Shown: piece by piece, positions 56,736 to 64,000 of the stretch
Layout: each line of letters opens with the position of its first letter
Position numbering within the stretch: the stretch's first letter is position 1
Source of the DNA: Candidatus Peregrinibacteria bacterium GW2011_GWF2_43_17
GTDB lineage: Bacteria > Patescibacteriota > Gracilibacteria > UBA1369 > UBA12470
Assembly (NCBI GenBank): GCA_000999315.1
Contig: LCFW01000001.1
Location: forward strand, 11,637-75,636
Direction: 5' to 3'
DNA: 64,000 bases
Position numbers and translations under genes: made by a program
Notes under the pieces: model-generated
The model's database searches: none
Seen by the model: the letters and a program-made list of their open reading frames with translations, nothing else
What the model was told of the DNA's origin: nothing

Positions 56736-56963
56736 GTGTTAAAGATAATTCTGAAACTTGCGGATCTTGATGTTGCCGAGTTATACGGTGATGAACTCTT
56801 GGATTATTATTTCCTACCTTCAAACCTGTTTCTTGATATGAACGATCGAGCATGGTATGCGCCTGATGTTACTTATTCATACATGCAAGGAATCGTTCCG
56901 GAACAACAAGTCACCCTCGGTGAAATGGCGAAAATATTGGTGTTGGTGGGGAGGTTGTGGTAG
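56736..56963 (+). pseudogene. Degenerate SLH-domain fragment
   Basis: FLDMNDRAWYAPDV...GIV|PEQQVTLGEMAKIL lacks the usual G..dg.F.P segment; no signal peptide; GTG start. Confidence 0.5.
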
Positions 56964-57035
56964 TTGCAATCGCTCTTGTTTATTTTTCGGCGAATTGATA
57001 CTCTTTTTGAGTAAAAAATCTTAACAAAAACTACC

Positions 57036-57503
57036 ATGTCTATGGAAAAAACATTAGTGCTCGTGAAGCCGGATGCTATTCAGAGAGGGTTGATAGGGGA
57101 GATAGTTTCAAGATTTGAGAAGAAGGGGCTGAAGCTTGTTGGGATGAAAATGATGACGCTTGATGAGGCTATTTTGAGGGAACATTATGCGCATTTGGCG
57201 GACAAGCCGTTTTTCGGCAGTTTGAGCAAGTTTATGATGAAAAATCCTGTTATTGCGATGTGCTGGGAGGGGCTTGAATGCGTGAACGCGGTCAGGTTGC
57301 TTTGCGGTATTACAAAGGCGAGATCGGCTGAGGCCGGCTCAATCAGAGGCGATTTGGCGATGAGTGTCAGTTGTAATGTCGTGCACGCTTCGGACTCGGT
57401 TGAAAATGCTGGGAAAGAGGTGAAGAGGTTTTTTAAGGATGGTGAAATTTTTGATTACAAAAAGACGGAGTTCGAACATGTGTATGCGGAGGATGAGATG
57501 TAG
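57036..57503 (+). CDS. ndk: Nucleoside diphosphate kinase
   Basis: EKTLVLVKPDAIQRGLIGEIVSRFE, GSIRGD, NVVHASDS. Confidence 0.97.
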   Translation: MSMEKTLVLVKPDAIQRGLIGEIVSRFEKKGLKLVGMKMMTLDEAILREHYAHLADKPFFGSLSKFMMKNPVIAMCWEGLECVNAVRLLCGITKARSAEAGSIRGDLAMSVSCNVVHASDSVENAGKEVKRFFKDGEIFDYKKTEFEHVYAEDEM

Positions 57504-57518
57504 GAAAGGGTGATGATT

Positions 57519-58724
57519 TTACAAAAAACGACGACGTTTTGTAATTCCCCCCAGGTGTAAAGTTGCCAGTACTAAATCCCCCAAGTTCGTACCTGTTGGG
57601 CCGGTTATGATTAAGCCGCCGGTTTTTTTGAAGAAGTGGTAAGAGTCGTTGTTTTTCAAGTACGGGAGAGGGGAGACGCCTTGTTTGAGCGTGTCTGAGT
57701 TGGCGATTGCGCCTGCGACTTTTTCGGGGCAAAAGCCGTCGACACCGTCGGTGCCGATTGAGAGGATTTCGATTTTCGGGTTTGTGTGGATTGCGGCGAG
57801 GACGAACTCTTGGTTTCGGCCGCCTGCGCCTTTGCCTTTGACCGTTACGGTCGTTTCACCGGTCAGGATGTAGATCGCTTTCGGGTCGGTGATTTTGCGG
57901 GCGATTTCTGCGGCTTTGATGCGACATTCGCCTTTCAGGTTTGTGTCGAGAATTATTGGTTTCAGGCCTTTTTTCTTGATGATTTTTGCGACAGTGTTGG
58001 CTGTGGTTTCGTGGTTTGCGAGGATTTTTGATTTTATGTTTTTAAAAATTTTGTCACCAGGTTTTGGGGTTTCGACGAGTAGTTTTCCATATTTTTTCAA
58101 AATCTTAAAAGCGTCTTCGCGAGTTGTCGGATCGGGAGAGAGTGGGCCGGAAGCGATCGAGCTTAAATCGTCACCGAGGACGTCGGAGATGACGAGGTTT
58201 AGGCAGGTTGCGGGGTAGAGAGCTTTTGCCAAGAACCCGCCTTTTATTTGTGAGAGATGTTTTCTGACGGTGTTGATTTCCTGGATGGTTGCTCCGGACT
58301 TGAGGAGAGAGGAGGTGATTTTGATTTTATCTTTTAAAGAGATGCCTTTTGCGGGAAGCGGCATGAGGGCTGAGCCGCCACCTGATATTAGGCTGATTAC
58401 GAGATCGTTTTTGTCGGCTTTTTTTGCGATTTTTAAAATCTCTTTTGCGCCTTTTACGCCGTTTGCGTTTGGCAGTGGGTGAGAGGCGTTTAAGTATTTG
58501 ATTTTTTTGAGTTTTGGAGGCGTTTCGCCTTCGGGGATCGTTATGAAGCCTTCGGTGATTTCCAGGTGTTTCTCGACAGCTTCCGCCATTTTTGATGCGC
58601 CTTTTCCCGTTCCGATTACAAAAATTCGTTCGTAAGAGCCGAACGAGTGTTTTTTAAGTTCGGTTGTTACCAAATGCGCCGGATTTATTTTTTTCAAAAC
58701 CTCTTTTGCGATTTTAACGAGCAT
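57519..58724 (-). CDS. Glycerate 2-kinase (MOFRL/TtuD family)
   Basis: IGTGKGA, HPLP, LISGGGSAL, RKHLSQIKGG, GETTV, GGRNQE, GTDGVDG, TGPTGTN. Confidence 0.93.
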   Translation of the reverse strand: MLVKIAKEVLKKINPAHLVTTELKKHSFGSYERIFVIGTGKGASKMAEAVEKHLEITEGFITIPEGETPPKLKKIKYLNASHPLPNANGVKGAKEILKIAKKADKNDLVISLISGGGSALMPLPAKGISLKDKIKITSSLLKSGATIQEINTVRKHLSQIKGGFLAKALYPATCLNLVISDVLGDDLSSIASGPLSPDPTTREDAFKILKKYGKLLVETPKPGDKIFKNIKSKILANHETTANTVAKIIKKKGLKPIILDTNLKGECRIKAAEIARKITDPKAIYILTGETTVTVKGKGAGGRNQEFVLAAIHTNPKIEILSIGTDGVDGFCPEKVAGAIANSDTLKQGVSPLPYLKNNDSYHFFKKTGGLIITGPTGTNLGDLVLATLHLGGITKRRRFL

Positions 58725-59697
58725 TGAGGAATTCTTTATTTACCAAATATTGAGGTTCTTTGCCTGATAAGACATCTACGATATTTTGGACGGCGATGAG
58801 GCCCATGTTGGTTCTCGTGCCGGTTGTTGCCGATCCTACGTGAGGTGCGAGGATAATATTGTGGAGGTCTTTTAAGCCGGGTTTCATTTTCGGTTCGTCT
58901 TCAAAAACATCCAAGCCCGCGCCGAAAATTCTCTCAGCTTTTAGGGCTTCCACCAGCGCAACTTCGTCTACTACGGGTCCTCGGGATGTGTTTACCAAGA
59001 TTGCGGTTTTTTTCATCCAGCTTAAGTTTTTCTCGTTAATTAAATGGTGTGTTTCGGGATAATAATTCACATGAACCGAAATGAAGTCACTTTCGCGACA
59101 AAGCGTCTCCATGTCGACTTTTTTAGCTCCGGTTTCTTTTTCGAGCGTTTCGTTGCCCTTGAGATCCGTATAAAGAATTTTCATACCAAATCCATGTGCC
59201 ATTTTTTTTGCAACATTTTCACCGATCCTGCCCGCTCCGACTATGCCGAGAGTTTTTCCAGTGATGTCTTGTCCCAAAAGTAACATTGGTCCCCAACCTG
59301 TAAATTTTTCTTGACGCATCATGGTGTCCGATTCGACGACTCTTCTTGCCATTGCGAACATCAGCGTGATTGCCATGTCGGCGGTTGCGTCATCAAGAAC
59401 GCCCGGAGTGTTTGTGATCATAACTCCTCTTTCACCGGCAGCTTTTAGGTCTATGTTGTTGAAGCCGACTGCGTAGTTTGAGAATATTTTGCAGTTTTTT
59501 CCTGCGGCATCGAGGACTTCGCCATCAATTTTATCTGTCAAAAGACAAAGTACCGCGTCGCGACCTTTTACTTTTTCTAAAAGTTCTTCGCGAGTTAAAA
59601 CGCGATCATCCGGATTTATTTCAAACTCTCCCAGTTTTTCTTTCAAAAGATCGAGTGCGCCTTGTGGTATTTTTCTTGTGACGTAGATGTTGGGCAT
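58714..59697 (-). CDS. Glyoxylate/hydroxypyruvate reductase (D-glycerate dehydrogenase)
   Basis: AVGFNNID, TNTPGVL, GIVGAGRIG, NTSRGPVVDE, GLDVFEDEP, PHVGSAT. Confidence 0.92.
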   Translation of the reverse strand: MPNIYVTRKIPQGALDLLKEKLGEFEINPDDRVLTREELLEKVKGRDAVLCLLTDKIDGEVLDAAGKNCKIFSNYAVGFNNIDLKAAGERGVMITNTPGVLDDATADMAITLMFAMARRVVESDTMMRQEKFTGWGPMLLLGQDITGKTLGIVGAGRIGENVAKKMAHGFGMKILYTDLKGNETLEKETGAKKVDMETLCRESDFISVHVNYYPETHHLINEKNLSWMKKTAILVNTSRGPVVDEVALVEALKAERIFGAGLDVFEDEPKMKPGLKDLHNIILAPHVGSATTGTRTNMGLIAVQNIVDVLSGKEPQYLVNKEFLNAR

Positions 59698-59714
59698 AGA
59701 TTGGAGATTTGAGA

Positions 59715-60899
59715 TTAGAGATTTAAGAGGTAATCTTTGATTTTTGTGAGACCGTCTTTAATTTGTTCCGGGGTTGAGACGTAAGACATTCTTACGAAGT
59801 CGTCGCCATAGAGTCCGAATACTGTTCCCGGGAGGATTAAGACGTGAGCTTCGCGCATGATTTTGTCGCAAAGTTCGGCTGAGGTTATTCCCAGCTTGTC
59901 TAAGATTTTTCTAACATTGATCATTAAGTAGAAAGCGCCTTTCGGAGATTTACAGCTCATGCCCGGAATTTCGTTGACCATGGAGACCATTAAATCTCTG
60001 CGAGCTTTGTACTCTTTTAACATTTCGTCGACTGCCGTTTGTGGGCCGGTTAGTGCTTCAACTGCGGCGTACTGAGCCATTGTGTTTACGCATGAAATGT
60101 CGTTGCAAGCGAGTTGCTCCAAGTATTTCGCCATTTCGCGATTTTTGGTGACTCCCCATCCGATTCTGTAACCTGTCATTGCGTATGTTTTCGAGCATCC
60201 GTTAAGGATTACTGTTCGATCCGGCATGCCTGCGAATTTTGTGATCGAAACGTGTTTCCCTTCGTGGACCATTCTGTCGTAAATTTCGTCAGAGAGAACC
60301 CAAAGATCGTGTTTTACCGCTAATGCTGCGATCTTTTCAAGAAGTTCTTCTGTCAAAACTCCTCCAGTTGGATTTTGAGGAGAGTTTATAATTATGAGTT
60401 TCGTTTTCGGAGTAATTAATTTCTCGAGGTCTCCGGCGGTGAAGTTGAAATCGTTTGCTTCGGTTAGTTGTATTGGGATGATTTTGCCTCCCAAATATTC
60501 GGTTACAGATCCGTAGATTGGGTAAGCCGGATTTGGGACGATAACCTCGTCGCCTTCGTCTATCAATGCGTTGATGGTGTAGAACATTATCGGTTTTCCG
60601 CCTGCGACTACTACGGTGTCTTCTGCGGCGTAAGGCGTGTAAGAATATTGTGAATGATATTTTGCGATAGCCTCTCTAAGCGCAGGGATGCCCGGAGTTG
60701 CCGTGTAGTGTGTTTGGTTGTCGTTGACCGCTTTGATTGTTGCGTCTTTGATGTTTTTTGGCGTGTCGAAACCCGGTTCGCCTATTTGCAGGTATACGAG
60801 TTTAATTCCGGAATCTTTTTCGAACTGTTTGGCTTTCGTTATAACGGAGAAAGCATTTTCGGTGCCGAGTCGCGGCATGCGTTTGGAGAAGGGTTTCAT
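59715..60899 (-). CDS. Class I/II PLP-dependent aminotransferase
   Basis: IGEPGF, NSPQNPTG, SDEIY, SKTYAMTGYRIG. Confidence 0.95.
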   Translation of the reverse strand: MKPFSKRMPRLGTENAFSVITKAKQFEKDSGIKLVYLQIGEPGFDTPKNIKDATIKAVNDNQTHYTATPGIPALREAIAKYHSQYSYTPYAAEDTVVVAGGKPIMFYTINALIDEGDEVIVPNPAYPIYGSVTEYLGGKIIPIQLTEANDFNFTAGDLEKLITPKTKLIIINSPQNPTGGVLTEELLEKIAALAVKHDLWVLSDEIYDRMVHEGKHVSITKFAGMPDRTVILNGCSKTYAMTGYRIGWGVTKNREMAKYLEQLACNDISCVNTMAQYAAVEALTGPQTAVDEMLKEYKARRDLMVSMVNEIPGMSCKSPKGAFYLMINVRKILDKLGITSAELCDKIMREAHVLILPGTVFGLYGDDFVRMSYVSTPEQIKDGLTKIKDYLLNL

Positions 60900-60911
60900 A
60901 TGATGGGGTAG

Positions 60912-61868
60912 TTAACTATTTGATTTTTTGCGGAGTATGACTTTTAGGGATTTCTCAATGATATCTTTCGAGGTGATGCCGTATTTTCGCATCAATTCTT
61001 TTGGTGTGCCGGATTCCCCGAATGTGTCGTTGATTCCGACCATTTCGACGGGGACGGGGAGGTTTTGTGCGAGTACTTCTATAACTGCGCTACCCATGCC
61101 GCCCGCGAGTTGATGTTCTTCGGCGGTGACGACGCATTTCGTTTTTTTAACCGAATTTAATATTGTGTTTTTGTCTAACGGTTTTATTGTATGTAAATTT
61201 ATGACTTCTGTCGATACTCCTTTTGTTGCCAAGAATTCTGCCGCGTTGAGTGATTCCGCCACCATCGTTCCGCAAGCTATTATTGTTATATCTTCTCCTT
61301 CTTGCATGATATTTGCTTTTCCTATCTCGAAAGGCGAGTCCGGTTTGGTCACTGCCGGTGTTTTTTCTCTGCCGAATCTGATGTAAACCGGACCGTTTAT
61401 TTCAACCGAAGCCAAGACGGCTTTTTTGGTTTCGTAATAGTCCGCCGGTGCCAAAACCGTCATATTTGGAAGAACACGCATTATTGTTAACTCTTCAAGC
61501 GCTTGGTGTGTTGCGCCGTCAGGGCCTACCGAAATTCCGCCGTGCGCGCCTCCGAATTTCACGTTTAATTGTCCGTAGCAAATCGAGGTTCTGATCTGTT
61601 CCCATGCTCTGCCCGATACGAAAACGCCGTATGTTGCAACGAACGGTATGAGACCGGTTAGCGATAGTCCGCCCGCGACGTTTATCATGTTTTGTTCCGC
61701 GATTCCCATGTCGAAAAATCTTTTCGGGAATTTGTCTTTGAAAAGACAGGTTAGGGTTGATTTCGCCAGGTCTGCGTCGAGGACTACCACTTTAGGATTT
61801 TTTTCTCCTAGTTCGAGGAGTGCGTCCGCCCAGCCTTGGCGTGCCAACATTAATTCTCTTTCGGCCAT
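60912..61868 (-). CDS. Transketolase C-terminal subunit
   Basis: DADLAKST, MGIAEQNM, GPDGATHQ, GPVYIR, EEHQLAGGMG. Confidence 0.95.
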   Translation of the reverse strand: MAERELMLARQGWADALLELGEKNPKVVVLDADLAKSTLTCLFKDKFPKRFFDMGIAEQNMINVAGGLSLTGLIPFVATYGVFVSGRAWEQIRTSICYGQLNVKFGGAHGGISVGPDGATHQALEELTIMRVLPNMTVLAPADYYETKKAVLASVEINGPVYIRFGREKTPAVTKPDSPFEIGKANIMQEGEDITIIACGTMVAESLNAAEFLATKGVSTEVINLHTIKPLDKNTILNSVKKTKCVVTAEEHQLAGGMGSAVIEVLAQNLPVPVEMVGINDTFGESGTPKELMRKYGITSKDIIEKSLKVILRKKSNS

Positions 61869-61872
61869 ATTA

Positions 61873-62709
61873 TTAATTTTTAAGTTGTAGTTCAGCTAGT
61901 GCTTTTTCCATCTCTTCTTTAGATGGCGCTTTGCCGTGCCAGCCCGCTTGGTTTTCCATAAATGATACGCCTTTGCCTTTTATCGTGTGGGCGATTATTG
62001 CGGTTGGTCTGCCTTTTAGAGTTAGAGCTTTTTTGAGCGCTTGTCTGATTTGATCAAAATTATGACCGTCTATTATGAGGACGTTCCAGTTGAAACTTTT
62101 AAATTTCTCATCTAGAGGATGGACTCCCATGACATCTTCGACGTTGCCGTCTATTTGCAGTTTGTTGTAATCAACCAATGCGCATAAATTGTCGAGTTTG
62201 TAATGTGCCGCCGACATTATTGCCTCCCAGCTTTGACCTTCTTGTAAGTCGCCTTCACTTGTCATTGCGAAAACTCTGTTCGGTTTGCCCTGATGTTTTA
62301 AGCCGAGGGCCACTCCTGTTGCGATTGACAAGTTTTGACCGAGCGAGCCGCCGGACATTTCGATTCCTCTCGGGGAGAATCTCGAAGGATGTCCTTGAAG
62401 TTCGGATCCCAGTTTTCTGAATGTGAGAAGCATTTTCGGATCGAAATATCCGACTCTTGCCAGAATCGAATATATTGCCGGAGTGATGTGGCATTTGCAA
62501 AAAATCATTCTGTCTCTTTCTTCCCATTCCGTGTCCTCGGTATCGTGTTTTAAGAATTCGTTATACAGAACTACGAGCATGTCCACCGCCGATAAAGATC
62601 CGCCGGGATGGCCGGAACCTGCGGCGCAAGTCATTTCGACTATGTCGCGGCGCATTTGAAGCGCCTTTTGTTGAAGCTCGAGTTCGGTGAGTCGAATTGG
62701 GTATTTCAT
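61873..62709 (-). CDS. Transketolase N-terminal subunit
   Basis: GSGHPGGSLS, LQGHP, GSLGQ, TPP-binding EGDLQEG...N, TIKGKGVSFME, WHG. Confidence 0.95.
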   Translation of the reverse strand: MKYPIRLTELELQQKALQMRRDIVEMTCAAGSGHPGGSLSAVDMLVVLYNEFLKHDTEDTEWEERDRMIFCKCHITPAIYSILARVGYFDPKMLLTFRKLGSELQGHPSRFSPRGIEMSGGSLGQNLSIATGVALGLKHQGKPNRVFAMTSEGDLQEGQSWEAIMSAAHYKLDNLCALVDYNKLQIDGNVEDVMGVHPLDEKFKSFNWNVLIIDGHNFDQIRQALKKALTLKGRPTAIIAHTIKGKGVSFMENQAGWHGKAPSKEEMEKALAELQLKN

Positions 62710-62713
62710 ATGT

Positions 62714-62863
62714 TAGGGGGTAGGAGGTAGTTCGTAGGGTATAGTGAACGAGAGATTTTCGTTTTGCAACTTTTATCCTGTATTTCGCGTTGATTTGTTT
62801 GCTGAAATAAGGTGGGGAATAAGACTGTAGACCGTAGATAGTAGACGGCAGATTGTAGATTTC
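62714..62863. repeat. Two heptamer tandem-repeat arrays upstream of transketolase
   Basis: taggggg taggagg tagttcg tagggta tagtgaa (62714-48); agactgt agaccgt agatagt agacggc agattgt agatttc (62822-63). Confidence 0.75.
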
Positions 62864-62893
62864 CGAGAACAGATGGAGTTTCTCTGTAAAATT

Positions 62894-62902
62894 TGGTATA
62901 AT
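62894..62902 (+). promoter_or_regulatory. Extended -10 promoter for the 62930 gene
   Basis: TGgTATAAT about 28 nt upstream of the ATG. Confidence 0.55.
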
Positions 62903-62929
62903 TAGAAGATAAAAAAACAATAAAAAAAC

Positions 62930-64000
62930 ATGACGGCTCCTACGCCCGAGAAAAAAGAGAGTAAGTCTGATAAATCGTTGTCTTCGAAAACGGTCGAGCA
63001 ACTTTTTATGGAAACCGTTGATGCGATGGAGGAGACCGGGATGACGCCAAAGGAGCAGGCAGCTTTGACCGAACTTAAGAGAGGTTATGATGAAAAAAAG
63101 CTTAAATTGACCCTAGATACTCTCTCAGAGGTTGACGGGATGAAGGCCGAGATTGATGAGTTTTTGACCGATAAGATTTTGACTCCTGGAGAGAAAATGA
63201 AACTTGATTCGAATATCGCGGATGATTTGGCGAGAGAAACGGTTGAAGAAGCTATTAATGGACAGGTTTCGGATGTTGAGAAAATTTCCGATTTGCGAGC
63301 GCTTTCTCTAGATCAACTTAGGGATTTGGAATCCAAACATGAAGGGATTTTATTTTATGCTTTTACGGATTTTGTTTCGTCGGATACAAAAGTTGATTTC
63401 GCGAATTATAAAAGTTGGTATAAGGCACCTAAAGATGGAGATGAGTTTAAAATAAATTTTCATGGTAATCAGGAGGCTTATTGGAAGCTTGGGGCCGGAG
63501 ATATACTCCCGCCTACGGTTAGAGGAGTCACGGTTTATGTCGGAGGAGATAAGAGTAATGTTCGTGCAAGCGAAAGGAGAGTTGGTTTAAAAGGTGGCGG
63601 TTTTTTTGATGAGCAGGGGTATATACCGGTTTTTACTTCCGATGTTGTTAGGGTTGGCGCGATACAGATGGATTTTGATCAAAAATATAGGAAGGCTGAT
63701 GGTGGTTTAGATTTTGATAAATATGATGCCGAGGTTGGTGTTTCCGATCGAGAATATGTTGATGAAAAAAGGGCTGAAGGTGTTCCTGTTTCCAAATATC
63801 ATTCCGGAGATTCGTTAAGTGATTCCGACAAAGAGGGGATGGGTTTGGATAAAAAAGTTAAAGGTAGAAAAATAGATGATATTATAAGAAATCAGCCTGA
63901 TTTGTATTATTATGCACATTCGGCGCGCGAGAAGTATTCTGCGCAGACAGGTATCGATGTTCCGGAAAGTATTATGTTCTCGATAATGAAACATGAGTCC
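62930..64000 (+). CDS. Large protein truncated by the window end; probably entering a lytic transglycosylase (SLT) domain
   Basis: ATG at 62930, 357 codons to the edge in the same frame; ends AREKYSAQTGIDVPESIMFSIMKHES. Confidence 0.75.
   Translation, partial: MTAPTPEKKESKSDKSLSSKTVEQLFMETVDAMEETGMTPKEQAALTELKRGYDEKKLKLTLDTLSEVDGMKAEIDEFLTDKILTPGEKMKLDSNIADDLARETVEEAINGQVSDVEKISDLRALSLDQLRDLESKHEGILFYAFTDFVSSDTKVDFANYKSWYKAPKDGDEFKINFHGNQEAYWKLGAGDILPPTVRGVTVYVGGDKSNVRASERRVGLKGGGFFDEQGYIPVFTSDVVRVGAIQMDFDQKYRKADGGLDFDKYDAEVGVSDREYVDEKRAEGVPVSKYHSGDSLSDSDKEGMGLDKKVKGRKIDDIIRNQPDLYYYAHSAREKYSAQTGIDVPESIMFSIMKHES

Noticed and set aside
57519-57544. ttacaaaa...ttttgtaa inverted repeat after ndk as a terminator
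   Set aside because: AT-rich weak stem lying inside the glycerate kinase 3' end; insufficient support
1-64000. Alternative genetic code 25 (UGA=Gly) as in Gracilibacteria/Absconditabacteria
   Set aside because: Conserved genes are full length under code 11 and several end in TGA within ATGA/GTGA overlaps (ftsH/hsp20, galU/SLH gene, minor pilins)

Overview
This 64 kb window is chromosomal DNA from a Patescibacteria (CPR) bacterium, most likely Candidatus Peregrinibacteria. That call is an inference from standard code 11 (TGA is used as a stop in ATGA overlaps), SLH proteins, CPR-type pilin arrays and a mostly fermentative gene set. Housekeeping content includes pflAB, ackA-pta, gltX, ftsK, secA, galU, hsp20, ftsH, tilS, metG, dus, ftsQ, an IscA/HesB protein, ndk, RNase P RNA, a type IV pilus assembly/minor-pilin operon, and a transketolase-aminotransferase-hydroxypyruvate reductase-glycerate kinase operon. 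The most unusual region is a surface-structure island at 18.5-28 kb. It combines three WxL-like subunits, three membrane-anchored DUF916 proteins and an adjacent dockerin/cohesin pair. One small WxL-like gene there has a perfect consensus promoter, its own terminator and complementary 5'/3' UTRs. Other notable items are a palindromic MITE inserted in frame inside tilS (with remnants elsewhere in the window), a 295 bp MITE inserted into the shared CTAG stop-codon overlap of two convergent genes, pilT co-oriented with four VirB2/TrbC-like pilin genes, a MYXO-CTERM-like protein, and short 7-8 nt tandem repeats at many gene starts. No tRNA, rRNA, CRISPR array or intact transposase was seen. All family assignments come from reading motifs by eye; no database searches were run.
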